From a virus (taxonomy: Duplodnaviria > Caudoviricetes), in the IMG/VR virus record IMGVR_UViG_3300037483_001069, positions 1 to 42,027 of that record: a stretch of DNA of 42,027 nt. One strand, 5' to 3'. A model generated the notes under the pieces. It worked only from the letters and a program-made list of their open reading frames with translations. It searched no databases and was not told where the DNA came from. The number at the start of each line of letters is the position of its first letter. Position 1 is the stretch's first letter. Made by a program: the position numbers and the translations under genes. Shown piece after piece: positions 8,985 through 17,876 of the stretch.

Positions 8985-9928
8985 CCACCCAGCTTTACAT
9001 CCCGCAGACGACGACCGGCTTGGTCCTCGCCGATCTGAACGTCCGGTTGTACTCGCTCGCCGGAGTCCGACAGACCGGCGCCGAGGGCGCGTTGGCGCTC
9101 GCCCCCGCGACGGCGGGCGGGCACTACTACCTGACGGGCGTGCCGCCTAGTTGCTGGGTGATATGGGAGTATCCCGCCGGCGTCGGCTACGGCGAGCGCG
9201 TCGGCACCGCGGCCGGCGCGCCGCCGGTGGTGGTGCTGCCTTTCCGGGAGGCCGGCTTGCTGCTCGCCGACCTCGGCCCGCCGGCGTTGCTGAAGGACGG
9301 CGCCGAGCAGGGCGACGCGCTGGCACTGGCCGAGATCGGGGGCGCGGACCCGGGAGACTATGCGCTGTCGGGCTGGCCGGTGGACGAGGCCGGCTCGTGG
9401 TCGGTGATCTGGACGCGGGATGGAGAGATCGCCGGCGCGTGGTCCTGGCAGGGAATGGCAGCCGCAGCCGGCGGCGCCGACACCTCCTTTGAGGGCCGCG
9501 ACGCCGAGGACCTGGCGGCGTTCATGGACGGCTTCACGCCGACCGGCTTGGGTAGCGGCTACCTCCGGATCTTCTCTCCGGCCGAAGACGCCGGCAAGCC
9601 GCAGCCGACGACCGACCCCGACAACCCCCGCATCTTCGGGACGTGGGCTGCTGACTACACCCGCGACCACGACCCGGTGATGGAGGCGGCCAGCCCGCCG
9701 ACTCGCTACGGCCGCCTGATCGTCGTCGCCCTGATGGAGCAGTCGCCCCGGGCTGGATTCATCATCGGCGAGGATGGCCTGTTCTCGCAGTTGCGCGCCG
9801 CCGCCGCGGTCCGCGACGTGGTCGACGGCTTCCAGTTCCTGCCCCAGGCAGGCAACGGCGAGGGTCCCGACGTCCAGCCGCCGTGGGCCGTCTACTCCCT
9901 GCAAATCCCCTTCATCTCGACCGGATAG
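8981..9928 (+). CDS. Two repeated N-terminal beta domains fused to a possible tail terminator domain
   Basis: Repeat GL.LADL...GAE..ALALA...G.Y.L.G.P...W.VIW occurs twice; C-terminal about 150 aa (GRLIVVAL..., W....LQIPF) and position before tail tube genes suggest a tail terminator. Confidence 0.45.
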   Translation: MTTQLYIPQTTTGLVLADLNVRLYSLAGVRQTGAEGALALAPATAGGHYYLTGVPPSCWVIWEYPAGVGYGERVGTAAGAPPVVVLPFREAGLLLADLGPPALLKDGAEQGDALALAEIGGADPGDYALSGWPVDEAGSWSVIWTRDGEIAGAWSWQGMAAAAGGADTSFEGRDAEDLAAFMDGFTPTGLGSGYLRIFSPAEDAGKPQPTTDPDNPRIFGTWAADYTRDHDPVMEAASPPTRYGRLIVVALMEQSPRAGFIIGEDGLFSQLRAAAAVRDVVDGFQFLPQAGNGEGPDVQPPWAVYSLQIPFISTG

Positions 9929-9937
9929 GAGGCCCGC

Positions 9938-10171
9938 ATGCGACGCGCGACCTTCACCACTGACTACCCGCCCTGGACGGTCGGGACGGTCGTCACCACC
10001 GACCCCGCCGCCGAGGCGTCGGCGGCCGTCGTCGACCCCGTCCGCTTCGCCAAGCTGGTGGAGATCGGGGCGGCGGCGGAAGACGGCGCCGAAGCGCCAG
10101 AGAGCGATACCGAAACCGCACCATCGCGCAAGCGCCGCAAGCGCACCGCAAAGATGAGGAGCCACCGATGA
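9938..10171 (+). CDS. Small hypothetical protein preceding tail tube genes
   Basis: RBS AGGAGG; ATGA coupling to next gene. Confidence 0.6.
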   Translation: MRRATFTTDYPPWTVGTVVTTDPAAEASAAVVDPVRFAKLVEIGAAAEDGAEAPESDTETAPSRKRRKRTAKMRSHR

Positions 10172-10941
10172 CCGTCAAGTCAGTACTGCTCGACCGCTAC
10201 TTCACCATCGGCGGCTACCGCTTCAGCTGGGTCGCCAACCGAGTGGAGCCGAACTTCACCCGCTCGCAGGTCGACGACAGCTCCACCGAGGACCTGACAG
10301 ACGTGATCGTCAAGGGCCAGAACTCCGGGACCCTGGTGATCGCCGGCGCCGCCACGTCCTCCGCCGAGAAGCAGGCCCTCGCCGCGATCAAGGCAGAGAC
10401 CGCCTACAGTCTGATCCTCGGCCTCCGGCGCGGCGCGGCGGTAGGCGACGCTGCCCTCATCAACGACTTCCAGTTCTTCCGATTCGGCAAGACCGGGGCG
10501 CTGAACGAGCTGTCCGGCTTCGAGCTCGAGGGCCGCGCCGACACCATGCCCCGCATCGGGACGATGATGTGGCGCGACCTGCCGAGCGGGGCGGGCACCA
10601 CCGCGCCGTCCGACGGAACCGGTATCAACCTCGGCGCGATCGGCGCCGGCCAGATCGGGCGGTTCGCGCTGGCTGCGATGGCGCCGCCGGGGCTCTCCGG
10701 CACCGCCCCCACCTTCGACGTCGTGCTCGAATCCGACAGCGCCGACACCTGGGCCGGCGGCGAGATCCAGCGCGGCGCCTTCACCCAGATCGACGCCGCC
10801 CCGTTCTCGGAAGTCATCGAGATCGATGGCGACGCAACCCCGGTGACCGACGGCTGGTGGCGCCTGCGCGTTAATGCCGTCGGCGGCACCGGCTCACCCA
10901 AGGCGTACCTCTTCGCGGCCGGGGTGGTCGCGAGCAAGTAA
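10168..10941 (+). CDS. Tail tube-like protein with C-terminal accessory beta domain
   Basis: N-term IGGY.FS..AN.VE...T...VD.S....VKG.NSGTL.IAG resembles siphovirus tube proteins; position before chaperone and tape measure. Confidence 0.55.
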   Translation: MTVKSVLLDRYFTIGGYRFSWVANRVEPNFTRSQVDDSSTEDLTDVIVKGQNSGTLVIAGAATSSAEKQALAAIKAETAYSLILGLRRGAAVGDAALINDFQFFRFGKTGALNELSGFELEGRADTMPRIGTMMWRDLPSGAGTTAPSDGTGINLGAIGAGQIGRFALAAMAPPGLSGTAPTFDVVLESDSADTWAGGEIQRGAFTQIDAAPFSEVIEIDGDATPVTDGWWRLRVNAVGGTGSPKAYLFAAGVVASK

Positions 10942-10953
10942 GGAGACACGACA

Positions 10954-11409
10954 ATGACGACCAAGCGAGCCCTGACCGACAGCTACATCCTCTGGGGCGG
11001 GACCGACCGCAGCAACCAGTTCGGCAGCTTCATGCCGAACAGCGTCCGCGCGCAGATCGAGGACTCGGTCTTCGGCTCGTCGACGGACACCATCGCGCCC
11101 GGTACCTTCGCCCACGAGACCGCCGCCACCCTCCGTCCGGACGCCGACCAAGTCTTTCTCAAGGTGATGCTCAATCAGTACATCGGCGAGGCGGCGGTGG
11201 CGGTCGTGTACCAGCAGAAGGACGCCAGCGGGCCGACCGCTCCCGGCACGGCGGAGGCGAACTACCCGACGATGAGCTTCAGCGTTCAGGTGACCGAGGC
11301 GCCGCCCCTCGGCGGCGCCCGGAACACGCTGATCGAGAAGCAGGTGACGTACAAGATCGTGACGCCGATCACCTGGTACGACGGCACGACCACGATCGTC
11401 ATCGGGTAG
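10954..11409 (+). CDS. Major tail tube protein (putative)
   Basis: Strong RBS TAAGGAG; 151 aa; GGTD.S....S......IEDS.FG and NYP..S motifs of tube proteins. Confidence 0.65.
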   Translation: MTTKRALTDSYILWGGTDRSNQFGSFMPNSVRAQIEDSVFGSSTDTIAPGTFAHETAATLRPDADQVFLKVMLNQYIGEAAVAVVYQQKDASGPTAPGTAEANYPTMSFSVQVTEAPPLGGARNTLIEKQVTYKIVTPITWYDGTTTIVIG

Positions 11410-11580
11410 GGTTGGATCGCCTGCGCGCATCCGCGGGGAGCCTCGGCCCGGTCACGGGTCTCGCCGACGCCCTACTCCGCGCGCGCAGAAGTCGGTGGCC
11501 CCTGGGCGACGCTCAGGCTGAGGCTGGCCACCGGCGGCGATGCTTGAAGAGACCAACCGAGAGACCCGAAGGGAGAGACC

Positions 11581-12351
11581 ATGTTCGACCTTCAGCACTT
11601 CGGAAGGCGGGTAGACACCCGCACCGTCACCGACCCTTGGAACGGGCTCTGGACCTTCACCGTTCGCCGCGCCGGCTATCCAGCGTGGGCGGCCTGGGAG
11701 AAGAAAAGCCCAGCGGCCGAGAGTGCGGCCATCATGACCCGGGCGATGACCAAAGTGATGGCCGAAGAGCAGATCGTCAAGCCCGGCATGCGGCAGCAGA
11801 AGCACCGCCGTAAGGCGGCGCGCGCCGCCATCAACGACGAGGCGCTGGCGCGGACCATTCAGCGCGCGGTCGGCAGCCTCACGGCCGAACAGATGGAGGC
11901 CATGCAGCAGACCGAGGCGCTGAACGCCGCCAAGACCGGCTTGGCGCTCTTCGGACTGGTGGACTGGACCGTCACCGCCGGTAGGGTGGTGATGCCGTGC
12001 TCGATCGAGAACCGGTTGCGGCTGCTCGGATACGAGGGTCGGTGGTTGCGCGTCGCGGATGCCAACGACGAGACCGGAGAGGGTCATCAGTTTGTCGGGC
12101 CGGGCGAGGTGGCGACCATGATGCCGAACGCAACGGAGATCGTCTTCGACGGCGGCCCCTACAACCCAGACAGATCCGCCGTCTGGGTAGACGACCCCGA
12201 GAACTACGGCCCCGCCACCTTCGGCGACGCCGTGACGAAGTGGCTGCTGGATGAGGCAGAAGACGCCGAGGCCTTCGCCCAGCGAGAGGAGGCGACGGCC
12301 GCCGAGGGTTTAGGCGCTACGCCCTCTGGCGAGTCCGCATCAGCGGTCTGA
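11581..12351 (+). CDS. Tail assembly chaperone (lambda gpG analogue)
   Basis: Lies between tail tube and tape measure; LVDW.V....PCS.EN motif; slippery site near 3' end. Confidence 0.75.
   Translation: MFDLQHFGRRVDTRTVTDPWNGLWTFTVRRAGYPAWAAWEKKSPAAESAAIMTRAMTKVMAEEQIVKPGMRQQKHRRKAARAAINDEALARTIQRAVGSLTAEQMEAMQQTEALNAAKTGLALFGLVDWTVTAGRVVMPCSIENRLRLLGYEGRWLRVADANDETGEGHQFVGPGEVATMMPNATEIVFDGGPYNPDRSAVWVDDPENYGPATFGDAVTKWLLDEAEDAEAFAQREEATAAEGLGATPSGESASAV
12306..12312 (+). promoter_or_regulatory. Programmed -1 ribosomal frameshift site G GGT TTA
   Basis: X XXY YYZ heptamer in correct phase (gaG GGT TTA); the -1 frame is open from here to the stop at 12869. Confidence 0.85.
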
Positions 12352-12869
12352 GCCTGGAGCCCACAGCGCGGCGACGCTGGGAAGCCGAACTCGCCGCGCT
12401 GTGGTGTAGCGGTCCTGAGGGCGGGGACCAGGAAGGGGACGACGGCTGCAACTTCCGCTGGGACGGTCGGCGCTGCGGGTGGTGTACCGCGGCCGGAGAG
12501 CTGGCGCCGCTTCTCGACCCGGACGGCCGGTGCCCGCAGTGCGAACGCGAACCGCCGACGCTCTGTCCGCGCTGTGGCGTCGGCGTCCTGGAGGTGAACG
12601 TCGAGATCTTGGGCGAGCCGGCGGAGGACGAGCTGGACGCCATCACCGCGGATCTCGCCCAGATCTTCGAAGCGCACGGCCTACTCGGTCAGGATGCCGA
12701 GCGGTCGCCGTTGCTGGCCGAGCAGTTCGCCCTCTTGGACGCCTGTGGGGTGACCGAGCAGGCCGAGCGCGACCGCATCGTGAGGCTGTGGCGGGCCGTC
12801 ACGGCCGGCAAGTCCACCGGCATCAGCCGAGCACTCGAGGACCAGCGGGAAGCCGCGAAGGACCGATGA
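12306..12869 (+). CDS. Frameshifted extension of tail assembly chaperone (gpGT analogue), Cys-rich
   Basis: -1 frame reads FRRYALWRVRISG...WCSG...GCNF..RCGWC...RCPQC...LCPRCG..VNVEILGE... and is in frame with ORF 12594-12869; ends adjacent to tape measure start. Confidence 0.8.
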   Translation, partial: GFRRYALWRVRISGLSLEPTARRRWEAELAALWCSGPEGGDQEGDDGCNFRWDGRRCGWCTAAGELAPLLDPDGRCPQCEREPPTLCPRCGVGVLEVNVEILGEPAEDELDAITADLAQIFEAHGLLGQDAERSPLLAEQFALLDACGVTEQAERDRIVRLWRAVTAGKSTGISRALEDQREAAKDR

Positions 12870-15800
12870 ATGGATAGCGGTCCGGCCTTCGACGTCGCGC
12901 TGGTGCTCGACCCGGCCGGGTACGAGGCCGGGGCGAAGCGGGTCCAGAAGGCGAGCGGCACCGCCGGCGGGTCCGTCTCCAACCTGAGCCGCCACACCGA
13001 CGTCCTCAAGAAGTCCCTGGGCGCGCTCGGCATCGCGGTGTCTGGCGTCGCGCTGGTGCAGCTCGCCAGGCAGTCCGTCCAGCTCGCCGCCACCTTCGAC
13101 CAGTCACTGACGCGGATCACCACCCTGGTCGGCGTCAGCCGCGCTCAGGTGAATGCGTGGGGGCAAGACCTCCTCCGCATCGCCGTAGACGCCGGCCGGA
13201 GCCCCAACGAGCTGGCCAAGGCTCTCTACAACGTCACCTCGGCCGGGCAATCCGGGGCGGCGGCGTTGGAGATCGTGCGCTCGTCGGCCAAGGCCGCGGC
13301 CATCGGGCTGGGCGATACCGACACCGTGGCACGGGCTGTCACCGCGGCGATGAACGCCTACGGCCCGGCGGTGCTGTCGGCCGGCAAGGCCACCGACATC
13401 CTGGTCGGCATCGTCAAGACCGGGGCAGCAGAGGCCGACACCATCGCCCCGGTGCTCGGCCGCGTCGTCGGCATCGCCGCCCAGCTCGGCATCAGCTTCG
13501 AGCAGCTCGGCGCCTTCATCGCCGTCTACACCCGCCTGGGAGTCTCGGCCGAGGAATCGACGACCGCTCTCCGCGGCGTGATGACGACCCTGCTCGGCCC
13601 GACCAAGCTGCAAGAGCAGGCGCTGGCCAGCGTCGGCTTGACGATGGCGAAGCTGCGGCAGGAGATCACCGACAAGGGGCTGGCCGCCGCCCTCGCCGAC
13701 CTGGTCGCCAAGTTCTCAGGCAACGAGGACGCCCTCAATGCAGTCATCCCGAACGTCCGAGCCTTGGCCGGCATCCTCGGCACGGCCGGCTCGCAGGGTG
13801 AGGCGTTCAAGGCTGTCGCCGCCGAGATCTCCGCCGGCATCGGCAAGATCACCGACGAAGCCTTCGACCTGAACCGCGCCGACCCGGCGCAGATCTTCCG
13901 TCGCCTGTCCGCCGCCTGGGAGGCCGCCCAGATTCAGTTCGGCCGCGGCCTGCTCGGCGGACTGACCGAGGGGGCCGGAGACCTGACGCGGTGGCTGGAT
14001 GAAAATGGCGAGCGGATCGCGGCGTTCGGTCGCCAGGTCGGCGAGGTGGCGAAGAAGATCGTCGAGAACATCGACCTGATCCGCTACGCCATCATCGCTC
14101 TGATCGGTCTCAAGGTGGTCGGTTGGGCCACCGCCGCCGCCACGAGCCTCAAGGGGATCGGCTCAGGCGCCACCATCGCCTGGCTTTCCACGATCCCGCT
14201 TAACAAGGAAGGACTGGCCCTGGCGCGGACATGGGCCGGAGTCGTCGCGCTGGACGTCAAGGCCTGGGCGGTGCGCGCATCGGCCGGCCTGGGACCGCTG
14301 GTCCTCGCGATCGTCGCCGTCGGCGTCGTCATCGACCAGGTGATCGACAAGTGGAAGGCGCTGCTCCAGCAGGACATCACCCGCATCGCCCACTCGACGA
14401 ACCTCTGGGCCGGAACCCTAACGACCCTACGCGACGCGATCCGACAGGGCTACGCCACCGAGTCGCAGCTGCTGGCCATCAACCAGGGGCGGGCGAAGGT
14501 CGTGGCAGAGATCGCCAAGCTACAGGAGCGGATGCCGTTCCTGTCCGGCCGCGAGCGCGACGCCGCTGAAGACACCCTGGAGACGCACAAAAAGCAGCTC
14601 GGCATCATCGACCAGCTGTCGGGCAAGGTTCGCACCCTGCCACGGGTCTATGAAGACACGGTGACCGTCGTCGGCAACTTGAACAAGGCGATCACGAACT
14701 CGATTGGGTTGTCGAAGGAGCAAGCCGGCGCGATCGAAAAGCTGGCTCAGAAGCTCGCTGGTCAGCAGTTCATCGGCCGCGTTCGCGAGATGGCCGAGTT
14801 CTGGGGGACCGACGTCGCCGACGCCGTGGCGGCCGCGACCGTTGAGGTCGAGTTGTGGAATCAGACGCTCGATGCCGGATTCGATCCGCTGTCCGCCGCC
14901 GGCCAACGCTTCTTCGACTTCGCCGGCAAGGTCAAGCTCGCCGAGAACAACCTGCGGGCGGCGGAGCTAGCTGCCGAGGCGGTGAAGGAGGCCTCCGACA
15001 GATTGGCAGAGGCCCCTGAATTGGGGGGTCCGCTCGGCGCCGGACCGAGCGACACCATCGATTCGGCGACCCTGGATAAGCTCACCGCCCAATATCACAA
15101 GATGGTTTCTGGCTGGCGGCTGTCCACGGCCGACATGCGAAAGATCTGGGACAACTTCCTGGAGGGGGTGCAATCGGCGTTCGCCTCCGCCTTCTACGAC
15201 TTGTTCAGCGGGTCACTCAAGGGCTTCGAGGATCTCTGGAAGCGCGTCAAGGAGCTGGCGCTGCGGACGCTGTCGGAGATCGCTGCCAAGTGGGCCACGC
15301 AGACGTTCGTCACGAATGTGACGGACAGCGGCACCGACGGCACGAACAAGATCGACTATAGCAAGCTGGCCTCGGCCGCCGCGAAGGTCGCGCCGTACGC
15401 GGCCGTCGCCGCCATCGTCCTGGGAATCGGGTACGCGATGGGCTGGTGGGGCAGCAGAGGCCGGGAGGGGGTCGCTGGGGTGACCTTCGCCGGCGGCGAC
15501 ATCCTGGACGCCAGCGGCAACCGCAGTAAGAACATCGAGACCGTGATGAAGCACGTGCGGGAGGCGATCAAGGGCATCACCTCCTTCCTGAGCGACGTGG
15601 GTCTGGAGATCGAGAAGTGGGCCGAGGTCGTCGTCTCGAAGCGGAATCAGACCTACTTCATCAACGGCATCCAAATCGCCGCCGGCACCGCCGCCGAGCT
15701 GGAGGACGCCATCGCCGCCATGGCCATCCGTACGGCAACGTTCGGCGACTCGGTCTCGGCGCTAGTCCAGGCGGTCATCCGCGGCAGCTCGGCCCTCACC

Positions 15801-17876
15801 ACCGAGCAGCTCAAGGCTGAGATCGCCTTGGCGCAGCAGGTCGAGAGCTTCGGCCGGACCGAGCTGGAGCAGGCCGTCCGTTCCATCGGCACCGAGATGA
15901 ACGTGATCACGGCGGAGCTGGCGCGGCTCCTGGGCGGCGCCACCGGCGACCTCGGCCAGCTCGCCATCGCGCTGGGCAATACGGCGGCCGAGGAGATCCG
16001 GCGCTGGCAGCAAGCCTTCGACCAGATCACCGGGCGCGTCGAAACGCCCGAGGAGCAGCTCGCTAATCTCCAGGCTCAGGCCCGGGTGTTCAACGCCGAG
16101 CGCCAGCTCCGCATCGCCGACCTCCGGGCTCGCGTCCTCGACCTAGAGGCCCAACGTCAGCTCGCCGAGACTCGCGCCCGCCTCAACCTCCTCGGCCTGA
16201 CGGCGATGGTCCACATCGAGCAGGGCCGGATGAACCTGGAGCGGGCCCGCATCATCGGCCAGCGCACCGTGATCTCGGCGACCGGAGCGCTCTACGCCGC
16301 GGAGGAGCAGCTCGCCGGCGCCCACTTCTCGACCATGGACGCCATCGTCGCGACGGCGGCCACGGCACTCGACATCCAGATCGCGGCGACCAACGAGCTG
16401 ATCGCCTCGCTCCTGGCGATCCCGACCATCGACGTCGCCGGCCTCCAGCTGCCGCGCGGCGCCGGCGGCGGGGGCGGGCGCCGGCAGCAGCGCGCGGACC
16501 TCACTGACCAGCTCCAGCAGATCGTCGATGGCGCAGTGGCGGCCCTCGCCCCGCTGATCGACTCAATCCACCAGATCTCCGATCTCCAGGCCGAGATCGC
16601 CCGTCTGGGACCCGATGCCGATCTCGCCGCCCGGGCGCTGGCGGTCCTGCAACAGCAGCTCGCCGCCCAGATCCAGGACGCCTACCTGACGCTGGCCGAG
16701 CGGCTGGCGACCCTGGTCGGAGACGAGGGCGAGCTGGCCGCCCTCCAAGAGATCCGCTACGACCTCGAGCGCGCACAGCTGGCCGCGCAGGTCGCCGCGT
16801 GGGAGGTCCTGGGTCAGCTCTCCGACGAGCAGCTCGCCACCCTCAACGACCTGCTGTCGCGCCTGCCGGAAGATCTACCCGTCGCCGGCGCCTTCTCGTC
16901 CATGGCCGACGCCCTCGACGCGCTGGGGCTGGGTAGTCGGCAGGCGACCGTCCAATTCGAGCAGATGGCTCGCGCCCTCGACTACATCCGGCAGAACGGG
17001 TCGATCTCGGAGCTGGGGTCGGAGTTCGACCGCGTCATCGGCGAGGTCCGCGACCAGCTGACGCTGACCTTCGGCGACTCGCTCGTCGGCTTCCTCCAGA
17101 AGTACTACGGGGACGTCGCCGGGTTCGAGGATTTCCGCCGCGGGCTGGAGCAGGTCCGCTTTCGGCTCGAGCTGGCTCAACTGCGCGCCCAGTTCATCAT
17201 CCTCCAGGGGATGGGCGTCTTGTCCGACGAGATCATCGCCCAGTTCCGGGCGGTCTTCGACTTCGTCGACGCCAACGAGCCGGACTGGGACGCGCTAGCC
17301 AACACCTCGAACATCGCGGCCACCTCCGTCTCGAGCGTTGCCGACGGCTTCCAGCAGCTCGTCGACCGTCTCGCCCGGGCGAAGATCAGCATCCGGGAGT
17401 TCCTGGACTCGCTTGCCCGCGGCGCCGCCGGTGGGGTGACCCCGGAAGCCGGGTTGGCTGCGGCTCGCCAGCAGTTCCTGGACCTCGTCGCCCGCGCGCA
17501 GGGTGGCGACATCAACGCCATCGAGGGCGCCAGTCAGGCCGCGCAAGACTACCTGGATCTGCTCCGGCAGCAGGAGGCCAGCGGCCCGCTCTTCGTCCAG
17601 GGATTCCAGGAGGTCCAGCGCCTCCTCAATACGCTGCTCAACGTCACGACCGTCCGCGATGGCAACGTCGCGACCAATACCGCGGCCTGGCAGACCAATA
17701 CCCTGCAGACCCTGCAGAGCGGGTTCGGCGACCTCTCTCACCACGGCGGAGAGCAGGTCAGCCTCCAGCGGCAGATGGTCGGAAAGCTCGGCGAAATCGT
17801 CAACGAGCAGAAGGCGCTCGGCCTCAAGATCACCACGCTGGAAGCGCGGGCGAGAACGGTTAAGGCGGCCGCCTGA
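12870..17876 (+). CDS. Tail tape measure protein (TP901-family core)
   Basis: 1668 aa, Ala/Leu/Gln-rich helical; FDQSL......G, ELAKALYNVTSAG, A.AA.IG, TDIL..VK.G, G.SFE, TALRG motifs; central hydrophobic segments. Confidence 0.95.
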   Translation: MDSGPAFDVALVLDPAGYEAGAKRVQKASGTAGGSVSNLSRHTDVLKKSLGALGIAVSGVALVQLARQSVQLAATFDQSLTRITTLVGVSRAQVNAWGQDLLRIAVDAGRSPNELAKALYNVTSAGQSGAAALEIVRSSAKAAAIGLGDTDTVARAVTAAMNAYGPAVLSAGKATDILVGIVKTGAAEADTIAPVLGRVVGIAAQLGISFEQLGAFIAVYTRLGVSAEESTTALRGVMTTLLGPTKLQEQALASVGLTMAKLRQEITDKGLAAALADLVAKFSGNEDALNAVIPNVRALAGILGTAGSQGEAFKAVAAEISAGIGKITDEAFDLNRADPAQIFRRLSAAWEAAQIQFGRGLLGGLTEGAGDLTRWLDENGERIAAFGRQVGEVAKKIVENIDLIRYAIIALIGLKVVGWATAAATSLKGIGSGATIAWLSTIPLNKEGLALARTWAGVVALDVKAWAVRASAGLGPLVLAIVAVGVVIDQVIDKWKALLQQDITRIAHSTNLWAGTLTTLRDAIRQGYATESQLLAINQGRAKVVAEIAKLQERMPFLSGRERDAAEDTLETHKKQLGIIDQLSGKVRTLPRVYEDTVTVVGNLNKAITNSIGLSKEQAGAIEKLAQKLAGQQFIGRVREMAEFWGTDVADAVAAATVEVELWNQTLDAGFDPLSAAGQRFFDFAGKVKLAENNLRAAELAAEAVKEASDRLAEAPELGGPLGAGPSDTIDSATLDKLTAQYHKMVSGWRLSTADMRKIWDNFLEGVQSAFASAFYDLFSGSLKGFEDLWKRVKELALRTLSEIAAKWATQTFVTNVTDSGTDGTNKIDYSKLASAAAKVAPYAAVAAIVLGIGYAMGWWGSRGREGVAGVTFAGGDILDASGNRSKNIETVMKHVREAIKGITSFLSDVGLEIEKWAEVVVSKRNQTYFINGIQIAAGTAAELEDAIAAMAIRTATFGDSVSALVQAVIRGSSALTTEQLKAEIALAQQVESFGRTELEQAVRSIGTEMNVITAELARLLGGATGDLGQLAIALGNTAAEEIRRWQQAFDQITGRVETPEEQLANLQAQARVFNAERQLRIADLRARVLDLEAQRQLAETRARLNLLGLTAMVHIEQGRMNLERARIIGQRTVISATGALYAAEEQLAGAHFSTMDAIVATAATALDIQIAATNELIASLLAIPTIDVAGLQLPRGAGGGGGRRQQRADLTDQLQQIVDGAVAALAPLIDSIHQISDLQAEIARLGPDADLAARALAVLQQQLAAQIQDAYLTLAERLATLVGDEGELAALQEIRYDLERAQLAAQVAAWEVLGQLSDEQLATLNDLLSRLPEDLPVAGAFSSMADALDALGLGSRQATVQFEQMARALDYIRQNGSISELGSEFDRVIGEVRDQLTLTFGDSLVGFLQKYYGDVAGFEDFRRGLEQVRFRLELAQLRAQFIILQGMGVLSDEIIAQFRAVFDFVDANEPDWDALANTSNIAATSVSSVADGFQQLVDRLARAKISIREFLDSLARGAAGGVTPEAGLAAARQQFLDLVARAQGGDINAIEGASQAAQDYLDLLRQQEASGPLFVQGFQEVQRLLNTLLNVTTVRDGNVATNTAAWQTNTLQTLQSGFGDLSHHGGEQVSLQRQMVGKLGEIVNEQKALGLKITTLEARARTVKAAA

